The notes beneath the pieces were generated by a model. That model worked only from the letters and a program-made list of their open reading frames with translations, was not told the origin of the DNA and made no database searches. Both the position numbers and the translations under genes were made by a program. Shown here one piece after another: positions 25,432 through 41,382 of a stretch of DNA of 64,000 nucleotides; position 1 is the stretch's first letter, and each line of letters begins with the position of its first letter. Location: NCBI GenBank assembly GCA_001642005.1, contig LWCA01000005.1:48588-112587 (forward strand), in the 5' to 3' direction. The DNA is from Intoshia linei. Lineage: Eukaryota; Animalia; Orthonectida.

Positions 25432-26083
25432 TTACTGTTCAATAAGATTATTTTGAAGAGCTTTAATGATGGAAGGGTCACTGAGTGCAGCTGAAAGAAA
25501 TTCTTGCTCAGAAAGCCTTCCATCCTTATCACCATCAAATTTAGAAAATAATTTATCGCAGTGTTTTTCAGGTGACCTTTTCGTTTCATTTACTAGTTTG
25601 TACGCGTTCTAAATTAATATAGTAATAAAATTAAAAATAAAGTCAAAAAAAAATTTTAAAATATTTACGTCTATAATGGACGTAATATCTTGTCTGCTAA
25701 TGTAACCAGAATCTGATGAATCATAGACAGAAAAAGCCCATTTGAGTTTGGATTCAATATTGGTTTTTGAACATATACTTAGAGCGCATATGAACCCTTT
25801 AAAATTGACCATTTTCATTCCATCGGATGAATCAAAACTGACATGTTTCATAAACATTGAAATGTTTATGCTTGGAAAAATTTCATTCAAAAATGTTTTA
25901 AATTCTGAAATAAATTTTTAAAATAAAATTATAAAATAAATTTTTACCTTCTAGTGAGATTGAAGGTTTTCCCTCCCTGTGAAACTTTTTGAACCATATT
26001 TTAATTTCCTTTTTAGTAAAATCAGTCAATTTGCTTAGATAGTTAATTTCTTCCTTGTTGATTTTTAAATTGACATTACCCAT
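25432..26083 (-). CDS. Neuronal calcium sensor family EF-hand protein (neurocalcin/hippocalcin-like)
   Basis: Exons 26083-25948, 25904-25669 and 25608-25432. Motifs: MGN N-terminus, TDFTKKEIKIWFKKF, FICALS, KLKWAFSVYD, SPEKHCDKLFSKFDGDKDGRLSEQEF and SDPSIIKALQ. Confidence 0.9.
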
Positions 26084-27489
26084 TACAATTTCATTCAATG
26101 TTTAATAAATGCATGTATTTGAAACATAGTTAATTTATTATTTACCTTTAATTTATTTTACACATTTGACAATTTTAAGTGAAATAGTTCATTTTTATTT
26201 GACAATAATGTGGCATGTAATCGTAATGTAAAATAATCATAATCAATAACATCTGTCAATAATTGCCCATGTATGCCACGTAAAAAATGCACATTTTTAT
26301 TTTTTTTTTAATTTTTACATTTATTGATAATTTGGTACAAATTTTATTACATAAGCGTAATGCTTTTAAGAATCAGGTTTTGGTTGAGAATCTAGGTTAA
26401 ACATTAATTTAAAAATTTTAAATTGTTTCTGTTTACATTCTGATATATTCACGTTTTGACCGAGTGTGTTTTTGTTTCTAAGATATTACATTACATAATT
26501 TATTCTGAATTTTACATTTCAAATACCAAATATTACAGGAAAACCCGTTAAGAGTGGATTTAATTATTTCAAATAAAGCTACAAATGTACAATAAATGAT
26601 TATGTTTTTGAGCCAATTATAATTATAGCTGATTTATGTTTAAATTTAATATTCATTCACATTTCAAAAAATTGGTTCCCCATTCAAATAGAGTACGAAA
26701 GCCCGTTTCAAATATTTATTTTTTTGGACATAAAACGGAAACACAAAATATAAAACATTTATGAAAAAATTAAAGGTTCACATAAGATTTGGTAAAATCA
26801 TGCTTTTCAAAAAAATATTGGAAAAAGGGGATTTTTTCATTAAAGGTTCGTAAAATTGAATTTTTTATTTTGGGTTTTGGATTACGAAGTTGTTGCTCAT
26901 AAGATTTGGTAAAATCGGATTTTTCAAAAAAATATTCGAAAAAGAGGATACTAGAAAATACTAGAAATATAAGAAACAGGTATAAATTTTACATAAATTA
27001 ACAAAATTTTCACCATAAAAATCTGATTTAAACCATTTATGGAGGAATAGATACACAGTAAAGTATATGTTTATTATATTAATTCATCTTTTTCAATAAA
27101 AAAATTATTTTAAAAGTTGGTTCTAAATTGGCATCGACCAAATAGCTCAATACCTACTATGCTGTAATACGATAAATGACGCCTAGATTTGAGTACCTTA
27201 CCTGCCAAATTTTTCAGACAAATAAACACACTGAATATTCCAGAAGTAGGAGGAGGAGACACAAAATGTTTGAATTTTTAAATAAAATATGATAAATAAA
27301 ATGTTCCCGTTTTGGGTTGCGATAATTAGTATTATTATTCATATTTACAGTGCAATGCACTGAGTGCATTCCATCAATATAATTACAAATTCCAACAATA
27401 TAATTATATACATGTAGTTATATTTTTGTAATTATAATGTTGGATTGCACTGTATTATAATAATTGGTTATCAATATATATTATATATA

Positions 27490-27644
27490 TGTTACAGGCA
27501 AAATTCAAATTATTAATCTATTATTGTTTAATCTATTATGTTACATTAATTAATTAGGTCAAATTCGAAAATTCGAAAATTCAAATTATTAATCTATTAT
27601 GTTACATTAATTAATCAGGTCAAATTTGAAAATTGCCTGTAACA
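27490..27644. mobile_element. Tiny TGT...ACA element with 4-bp TSD (Ginger-like MITE)
   Basis: TIR TGTTACAGGCAA / TTGCCTGTAACA with TATA on both sides. The interior is a tandem duplication. Confidence 0.55.
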
Positions 27645-27922
27645 TATATTATATAGGTATCAAATTGATACTATCAATAGCGAAATCATGAAAATTATCT
27701 AACGTACTTTAGTATATAATTATTATAAAAAATATACATTTATTTGAAAAATTATAAAAATGGAATACTCTAATATATCACTATTAAAATCCATCATTAT
27801 AATACTTACTAAAAGTAGTATAATAGTATTAAATTATAGTTCTAATAGTATTAAACAAGGTTTCCCTGCAATTTCTATATTAAGGTATTGATACATTATA
27901 ATTATATATTAACTATAATTAT

Positions 27923-28485
27923 TAGTGATGCGACGATTTCTAAATTTTCAACGATGCCGATTCCGATTTCGATGCGATTTCAAATACTTTTGAAGTATTC
28001 TATTTGTCTTAATTAGAAAAAAAATCAAGAATAAACAAATTGATAAAACTAGGAAATAAACAACTAAGAAACATAATAAAAATAATTAAAATTAATTAAT
28101 TAATACTAAATTAATGTCAGAACAAATAATTTTAAATTATAATATTAAAATATTAGCTTTTCACCATTTGTACCAAACATTCTATTTCGTTTTGGAGAAC
28201 AGATTCTCCAATCTCCAACCATATCTCCAATCTAAGAATCTCCAACCCTGAAAATTATTAAACTTTCAATTCAAATAGGCAAAGATAAATATTTTTACAA
28301 GTAAACCAATATTCGGAAAATTAAATTAATTTATTGTATTGAGCTATATTTAATTCATTTTAATTAAAAAAAACTGCTAATTTTGGCAACTAATTTTTAC
28401 TTTTTATAAAAAAAGTCGTAAAAAATCGGAATCGTAAAAATGATAAAATTTTGCCGATTCAATTCTTGGAATTGTCGCATCACAA
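27923..28485. mobile_element. hAT MITE
   Basis: TIR TAGTGATGCGACGATT / AATTGTCGCATCACAA and a perfect 8-bp TSD ATAATTAT. Also subterminal CGATT repeats and internal ATCTCCAA repeats. Confidence 0.85.
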
Positions 28486-29048
28486 ATAATTATAAAATTT
28501 ACTTCTTTGGAGAAATTGGTATAGCCAATTCTTTTGAATTATATTCTACATATAATGAAATAAATTAAAAAAATGGGATAACATTTGTTTTTAAAATTCT
28601 ATACGCAAATGTTAACAAAATAAAATTAAGATGGAATAATTCACTTTAAACTAAAAAGTAATGTGACATGACGGTTCCACCTGAAACAAGTTTGGGAAGC
28701 ACTCCTTTAAAGGATTGATAATAGTGAATAGTAGGATTTTTAAGTTAGATTTTTGTAAATTTATTTTTTGGTAGTATAAAAATGTTCCCTCGGTAGAACT
28801 AGGCTACGGGGATTGATAATAGTGAATAGTAGAATTTTTAAGTTAGATTTTCAACGTGAATTTTTTGATATAATAAAAAATGCCCTCGGCAGATTTAGGA
28901 ACAAGGTTGGGCTCTGGATAGTTGTGGTGGTACCTTGTGGAATTGGAACGATGGAAAACTATTTATCATCAAATCAATCAAAAATGTATTATTATCTAAT
29001 ACACTCAAGATACGTATTAGCGCTTATATTTTTATATTATAAAATTAC

Positions 29049-32000
29049 GTGAATCCACCATCATACAATTTAAAATTGATTTTATATTGAAAATTTCCTT
29101 TTTCATTTTAGACTAAATTACAATTTAATAGATGAATACAAATCAAATCATTATAAGACTAAATTTAAATTAATGTTAATGCATTGTTATTAATACAAAT
29201 GTAAAAACCCTAATTGAGTCATTTGATGCTTTTATTTCATTAAGTTTTGTTTGAATGTCATTAACTTGATTGATAATATAATGTGTGTCGCTTCCATCAT
29301 TTTGTATTGAGTCACGTTCCTCTGAAGCTTTACTTCTTATGAATTCCGACAAATCAACCAATTCATCCTAAAATTAATATTATGAATGAATGCCCTGTCG
29401 TGTTATAAAAGGGATCTATTTTTTTAAACCTGATAATCTATGGATAAAAATAATGGACACCAAGTACATTCAGTCCGTTTTCAAATACAACCTCTCCAAG
29501 TCTCTTAACTTGAGTTTAAATTTAATACACAAAATAATTATGATATTCAAGAATATAATTTTTTACTACATAATTTGGAAAATGAGGCCTCATTTTTCAA
29601 AAATTTCATACAGACCCGGTTGTGAAACACTACTGTCAGACATAATTACCATAATTTGGAAAGCAACTTTTTGAAAGTCATCTTTAGACGCATCTGCAAC
29701 ATCATCATCATAATCACAAATTTCTGGTCCATATTCTGTAGATATGATATTTTTAAATCGTTCCTTCTTTTTCTTATTTAAGTTTTCTTCAATATTTACA
29801 ATAGTAATAGCTTTTTGCATTATTGCATTTGCTCTAGCATTATCGTATACTCTTTGGAACGAATCCGACATAAGAGCAATAAAAAGATTTAAAAATATAA
29901 TTGATGAAATGACTATCCACGAAATGACCATTACAGCCGCCATGGCAGAATCTACACTAGATAATGCCTAATTTTAAATGTAACTAAAAATTTAAAAATA
30001 CATTACATCGTAGTTGTATTCGTCAACAAGTGTAATTCTGAATAATGTCCACCTAAAAAATTATACATTAAAGTAAGGTTTTAATATTTGTCTTTAAATT
30101 TGGAATATTACATTAGAATTGCTGGATTTTTCCAACCGTTCAATTCGACAGTTTGATTCTTCAAAATTGGTGTATTGTAAACGTGTTCTTCTAATACTTT
30201 AACACCTCCAAATATCATCCAAAAAGCACAAGCTGAAGTAGAAAGTGGTTTATGAATAATTAATTAGTTACCATATGGGATGAAAAATTGCATATACAAG
30301 TACATAAACCTAAAGAAATCTTTAACCATATGCCCCAGCATGACAATAAAAGGACCTAATTAAATGTAAATGTATAAGTTTATACATATATGTTTAGTTA
30401 CCGACAGCGCTGTAGGCTCTAGCGAATTTCATTAATCGAATCCAAAGAAATACTAATGTGCATGCGGAAAAACGAATGTTAAATCTCGCTAAGATAATAG
30501 GTTTAGTTCTACTTTATTATTACTAATTTTACCAACTTCAATATTGTGAGCAGTTACGTCAATTATGTGCGTCATCACACAAATTATAAGCATTAAATAA
30601 ACTAGCCAATCCAATAAGTTCCTAATGTAAAACATTAAATGAGAATAATCAATTATACTAGCAGTTTTTAGATACAGACCCACTGACTGATTATTTATTT
30701 TAAATTACAAAAATGTCTATTTAATGTCTAAAGTACATAAATTTTATAAATATACTAAAACTAACCTTAAAATATTTTTTTCGGTAATTATAATTATCTT
30801 TCAAAATTTTCAAAAAAATTTATAAATTATTGCATTTGAAGGGACCCCTATTAAAAACGTTTGAAAACGACGGCGATAAATTATCACTGATAATACACAT
30901 TTTCAAAGATATACAAATATATAGTTAATGATTGTGATTTCCTGAGAAATGACAAAAGTCAAGAACCGGGAAATTTAATTTCCCGGGAAAAATAAAAAAT
31001 TTTTATTCATATATTAAATCAAGAAGCATTAAAAATTTTAGAGACCTTAATTAATTTTAGAAACAAAAGAAATTTAATTAATGAAATAACACGAATCTAG
31101 ATTGAAATTTACAAATTTAATTAGAAAAAAATTTATTTATTTTAGATTGTTGAAAAAGTGTTTCAAAACCACACATAATATTGATAGATTCATCTTTTAA
31201 ACGCGTTATACGTTTTGTAACGAAATTAGAAGCAGTAGAGAAATTTCTTTCATTTTGTGTTGACGTTGGTTGAACGATCCTAAAAGCTTCCTTTAATTTT
31301 AACAATCTTGATGATAGCGTTCCAATTCGTAACAACTTATAATATTTTTCAAAATAATATTGGAAAAAGAGAATAATTCCCTTACGCGTTAGTAATTTGT
31401 GTTTAGAATAAGACGTTTTTAAAAAAAGTATTGGAAAAAGAATATTTTTCCATGAGGGCTTGAAATGGTATTTTTGATTAAATTTTATTAATGGTGGCAT
31501 TGTTAAAATGATAAATTTTAAATATTATAATATAATCATATTTTCATAGTAATAACAAACATAAATCAAATACAGGTATGTCTAAATTTTTTTCCCGGTA
31601 CAATCACTATATATAGTGCGGCGCAATTTTTTTATTTATTTTTTGGCGCCGCGAATATGAAAAGTTTGGGAAGCACTGCTCTAGATCGACATTTATTTGA
31701 GCTATGCATTGTTGAGCTATACACCATAGAACGACAAATCATCGATTTTACTAATTTATCATATTATTGATTTTTTCAAAACATTTTTGTGGGTTTTTAA
31801 GTAATTTTTTACCTCATTTTTAAAGATTTCAAAGATACTTTTTCGAATAATATTTTAAAGCGTTTTTAAGGGATCATTTTTTTACCCACTGTTTAAAGAT
31901 TTTTATGATAATTTTTCGATAAAAATTTTGAAGGTATCTTGAAATGTTAAAAATATTCCCTACCCTATAAAAAACCCTACCAAATCTTGGCATCCAAATT

Positions 32001-35000
32001 ATCTTCAAAATAAAAATTTGTTTAAAAATTGTGTAAAAAAAGCTTCCCTTAAAATCCCCACCAAATTTACCTTTAGAATAATTAATTTTTTTATAAATTA
32101 AAAAAGAATAATTTTCATTATAAATTAATTGAATGAAGCCATCTCAAAAAGAACTTTTTAAAAACATACCAAGTATCGCTAAAATATTGGGTTTTTTGAG
32201 TATTCAAGTCACCAATTTCTTGATTTAAATATTTTGCTTCTTCTGGCCATCTTGGATGAGAAAATTGCAAGTCCTTTTCAATCTCATTTTTACGCCATTC
32301 TTTCCACCTCTAAACGAAACAATTAAATCAGTTGAAATTAAAACCTTTTTAACTCATAAAACGTTATTTTACCAAAATATAATCTAATCTACATTAAATC
32401 TACTGTATGTAGTTGCAGAAACTATTTATTATTAAAATGGAATTGATAGGCAGAAATTGGTAAGCAGAATCAAACCAGGCGTACCCAAGAGAGCACTTTA
32501 TGGACCTCGATGAAATTTTTGTAAAATTTAAACTTTATATTTCCGAATTGAGCATTAAAAAATTATATCCTTGAATACCATCTATTTTCTGTGCTAAATT
32601 TAAAATTTTAAATCAACAGCCGTAGAAAGATGGATAGGGCAATATGACACTACGCATCATTTGGTAAAATTTTTTTAGGGTTTATTTTTCAGTATCGGGT
32701 GGTCTCGAGCTGGTACTATATTACTGTCTTCTTCGTCTTTCTGTACTATGATAATTCATCCACTACAGACCTAAGTTAAAACTGAAATATTAAGATTAAT
32801 TTTTTACCTACAAACCATATTACAAAAAAATTCAAAATATTCTATGGTGTTCACACCAGAGAATATTTTTTTATCTTATTTTTAATTATTAAATTTCATT
32901 GTATTGTATTTTTATTGCTATGTAATTATAATTATTTAAGTTGTGCTATTTTTGTAGTGTGCAATTTTGGTACTGTGCCATTTTTACCTATATTCCTCGA
33001 GCTTGGTGCTAGGCTCCGCTCTTATGGTAATTTTTAATATATTGACATGTCAGAAATAAAAATACCTTGTAATTCTTAATAGATAGGCGATATTCCATAA
33101 TTTCGTCAATTATTTGATATACTGTTGCTAAAATAGCAGTTACCTAAAAACATGATAAACATTTTAATATTATTTTTCATTATATTATATTAGCCCTATA
33201 TACAAATTAAAAAAAATTAGTTCCTGAATCCAACATTTAATGCAACTGTGAAAAATTTTTTTCCAGATGTAGGAGTAAAAAATTTCGAAATTGATTAAAA
33301 ACCAACTACTAAGACTGAAATGTTTTTAATTCCAGAAATTAAATAATAATACACAAAATAACTTTTTGTGGATATCGGTTATTATCTTCCTTCTCAGAGT
33401 TATGAATTAATTTATTATTCCTTTTGAATGGTATTTTTTTATAGACAAATTGCAAAAAGTCAATTTTTGTCAATTTTATCATTCAGAAAGTCAATTTTCC
33501 GTTTTTTTGGGGACAATAAAAAATTGCATATACAATTGTATTAGTATTATATTATTCTGTATGCTATGCAATATTTGTTTGTGTATGTTACCGTTTATTT
33601 CAATAACTAACAGTCTTAGAATTTTATAAAGTCTACATTACAATTACAGTTTTTTCCGGGACATATAATAAGATAAATTTCAACCTCCTAAACTCACATC
33701 TTACGGGTCAAAACCCCAATTGTCTTTTTTTTGAAAATCAAACAAGTTGGATAATTTAAAAAAATATATACGCTGATACAGATTTTAAAATCGTAAACAT
33801 TATCATAAATTTAAATTTAAAAAAAATATATCTTCAGAGCCAAAACCCCAAATGACCATTTTTTTTTTAATGAAAACAACCCTAAAATTTAAAAAATAAA
33901 AAGTAGTACATAACAGTCAACCTAGTGTAATATAATGATAATGATATAATAGAAAATAAAGAATTATAATTATATCATAAAGAGACTAAATGGGAGTTGG
34001 ATTTTTGTAATCCAGGTTAACAAAAATTTTCATCAATTAGTAAAACAAAATAAAAAGTTACTAAAATAATGATTCGCCACGTCTGTTCCGGTAAAATATA
34101 GATATGCTTATTGTGCATATCAAAAATGACGGCATCTATTGTCCAAAGTAAAACGAAAAATATACTGAATATCATATTTAAGGTGGCACCAAATCTAAAT
34201 GTACAAAATTAAAATCACAAAATCACTGACCTATCGAAAACATATTGACTAATAATTTCCCCTACCTTTTATAAATAACGAGAAATTAGTTTTTAGTTTT
34301 TCAAATTTAATTCATAGTAAAAAAGTTAAATGAATTAAATAAAATTTTAACTGTATATCAAGTTTTCATTATTGATAAGCGATTACTTAAAATCAAAAAA
34401 TAATAATCCCTATATATAAAGATATGATAAGATGTATGTATAATGAATTTACAGTCCAAATAATTTCCATTTAACCCTTATTAGTTCTTGAATAACTGGG
34501 TGTAATACTAAATCATGTCTATTGTAGCCAACAATTAATTGAAGCTAAAAAATTATAATAGTATTTTAAAACATTGAATTAAAATAATTACAGCTGTTTT
34601 CGGGTAAGCGGAGGGTTTTAATTCTAAATAAAAAATAATAATGAAAAAATTTATCTTGGTCCATTTATCCAGTGACCATGAATTATACCTATTTTAGGTA
34701 TATCCAATTTATTGATATGGTAATATTGTCGTCTATTCGCTCGATCTGTTCTGTGAAACTGATCTAGAGCAATAAGAGCCTAATTTGGTAAATGAATCAT
34801 TGTGTCAAAGATTAAATTGATAAACAGTGAACATTACCACTTGTGGCATTTTGATAATCATACAAGAAATGGCGGATTGGCCACTATCATCAAATGTGGT
34901 GACTTTCGCGGGGGGTTCAAGTTGTAATAAAGTACGAGATGTTTCACTTCTGTCTATAATAAATGGATATATGAAACAGGTTAATAAAATGGTACCAAGT

Positions 35001-35998
35001 TCTCCAGCCAAGTGTAATGGTGTACGATTTTTGTAATCAAATATATTAATATACTCTGCACCCAAAGTAATTAGCATTTTGAGAGAATTAACTGCATCAT
35101 TTTTGGCTGCAAAATGGATAGGTGTTTGACATTCATCAGTAGTACGAGCCGAAATTAAAGCTAGATTTATTAGTTTAGAAAATGGTGGTTCAGTTATATT
35201 TGGAAATTTAGGGATACAAATTAATAAAAATTATTAAATTTTTAATAACATAAGTTAATACTTATAATTATCTGCATTCATGCTAATCTTTTTATTAAAT
35301 TAAAAATCCATCAAACAGTTTTTTAATAATTCGCGATGGAGACTACTGCTTGGACCTTGTTACAAAAACTTATATTACCACCATTCTGAACCAAAAATTT
35401 GACCATATCTGCATAATCTACTGCCGCTGAAATGTGCAGAGGAGTTCTACCAAATCTATCCACACAATTAATATTTGCGCCGTGTTCAATTAAAAATAGC
35501 GCAACACCTTTATCCCAAATTCTAGATGCCTAAAAAATATAAATTAAATATTATTACCAATCAACTTTACTTCATGCATAACAGTTTGCCCATATTTATC
35601 GCTACAGTTTATATCTGCACCATTTCTAATTAAACTCTCTACAAACTCAAGGTTCAATTGTTCATTATCTGATTCTTTAGAACTCAATCTACTGAAATAT
35701 TCAATCAGATTTCTGCTTTGGGAAATGATAATTTCTTTTTGTGTACCTACATTTTTAAAATCAAAATTCATTTCTCCAAACAAGGAAAGCCCTTTTCCAA
35801 TCGAATATTCAGTGTCGCGGTTTTGGTCTAATATTAATTATACTTAATTGTTGCATAATAACCATTATTTCCTGCATTGAAACTATCGGTAGGTTTTTCT
35901 AAAGTTGTTACATTTTATGACATTAATATAAAACCAGGCGTATATGTAATCCGCTTATTAGTTGAATACGCTCTCGTTACGCCAGAATCAAGTGTCAT
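29049..35998 (-). CDS. Ankyrin-repeat TRP cation channel (TRPV-like/TRPVL-type); 3' end uncertain
   Basis: About 20 small exons from ATG 35998. Four to five ankyrin repeats (GQTVMHE, GRTPLH, QTPIHFAA, RTPLHLA), then LHPVIQELIRVKW, YFSDTWNLLDW, LWIRLMKFARA, GPFIVMLGHM, pore region TLFRITLVDEY, S6/TRP-box FLNLFIALMSDSFQRVYDNA and a coiled-coil tail. Confidence 0.88.
30926..31609 (-). mobile_element. Non-autonomous hAT element with dimerisation-domain remnant in a TRP intron
   Basis: Perfect 8-bp TSD TATATAGT and TIR TAATGATTG / CAATCACTA. ORF 31117-31500 contains QPTSTQNERNFSTASNFVTKR (hATC motif). Confidence 0.85.
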
Positions 35999-36634
35999 TA
36001 TAGTTGTAGCTTGTTTGCTATGCCTTATGATTAGTTTTTAAATGTCGTAATGTGTTGTACCTGCGAGAATTACTGAAAGCTCCAATGGCTTTGGATTTTA
36101 AAGGAAAAATGATATTAGATCTGTTCATTGATCTTACCTTTTACGTATCTATAAACAGTAAATCAGCTATTTTACCAGTGCCGAGTAAATAATGTTACTA
36201 AAATTGCGGCAAATGTAAACAAAACAAATCTTATTCCGTATTTTGTCTACAAATTTCTCAAATAAAATAAGTATTGATATTTATATTTTAAAACATTAAA
36301 AATAAGTTTTCAACAAATTCAAAATTAATAAGTAAGCAAATTACAATTCATTCTGTTTGAAAAACAAAATTAATAAACAAAAACAAGATGTAATATTTAA
36401 AATGCAATTGATTATAAAAAAGTAAATAACAAATTAATAATATCGTGTATAATACAATAATATTTGATGAATATGATAACTTGGTAATAGAGGTTAGAGA
36501 GTATATGAAAAAACCTTTTCAATTTTGTAAAAATTAATCCAACGTCAAATTAAAGTAGTGGATGTCAACATTAGATTAATTTAGCTTACAGTTATGGTAA
36601 AATAAAAAATACATAATAATATTTAATCAACTAA

Positions 36635-40429
<3,795 letters not shown>

Positions 40430-40750
40430 AAAATGTATTCAATATAAAAATAAACTTTTGTACAAGTTGGTAAACAAGCAACTTAAAAGTATGAGTCTTA
40501 ATTATTCCAAATAATTTGAGACGTCATTACAATGATTGAAAAATGTTTTTATTACTATTTGCAAAAGAATTTAATACATGTGTTTATAAACTAAATTTCC
40601 ATCATAACTTCAAACAGTAAATAATATACAAATAAGGAAATGAGAGTGTTTGGAACAATTTTTATGCAACAAGAAACGAAATGCCCGTTTTTAAAGCTAG
40701 TGCAAAAATTTACGATTGATTTGAATCGACAAAAAAGCCACAAAAAAGGT

Positions 40751-41239
40751 TTAATTTTTTAATGAATTATTGTGGGTTTCTTGGTTAATAAAATGCAGTC
40801 TTTCGTACATTGTTTTTTTAGGCTTTCGTTGTAGGGAATATGCACATTCATTGTGTCTTGATTTATTTTTTGATACATTGGTTAATACGTCGTTTGAATA
40901 ATATGGACGAATTTTTTTTTCACCAAAATCTGGACAAATTGAATAGCTACTGTGTTTAGTGTTTTTCAGGTTCACGTGAGATAGATAAATTTTTGGCACA
41001 TTGGGGTAAATTGACGGTTTACTCAAATGTTTATATTTTCTTTCATAGTCTTTGGTAAAAATATAATATTGAGAATCTGAATGTTGTCTTTTTTTCTTTT
41101 TTTTGAAAACTGGCAATATCCAGCATTTACATTTATTTTTATATTTATGGCCATTTTTTTTATGAAAAGAAAATAATGATATTAATATCAACGTCACAAT
41201 TATCACAGCCATCACCACGTATGGAATCCATAATTCCAT
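40751..41239 (-). CDS. Orphan 162-aa single-pass membrane protein
   Basis: Uninterrupted 489-nt ATG ORF in very AT-rich DNA. N-terminal hydrophobic helix (IPYVVMAVIIVTLILISLFSF) followed by KCKC and a polybasic stretch. No family recognised. Confidence 0.6.
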   Translation of the reverse strand: MELWIPYVVMAVIIVTLILISLFSFHKKNGHKYKNKCKCWILPVFKKKKKRQHSDSQYYIFTKDYERKYKHLSKPSIYPNVPKIYLSHVNLKNTKHSSYSICPDFGEKKIRPYYSNDVLTNVSKNKSRHNECAYSLQRKPKKTMYERLHFINQETHNNSLKN

Positions 41240-41382
41240 GTTATATTTTCGTTTCCAATTCTAATTTATGCTTTGTAATTTGATAACAGATCATATATCA
41301 ATATAAGAATACTCTGTATAATTTACTTTTTAGGACATGAAACGAGTGTCTCTCATTTGAAGAATTACTTTCTTTTTTCTAG

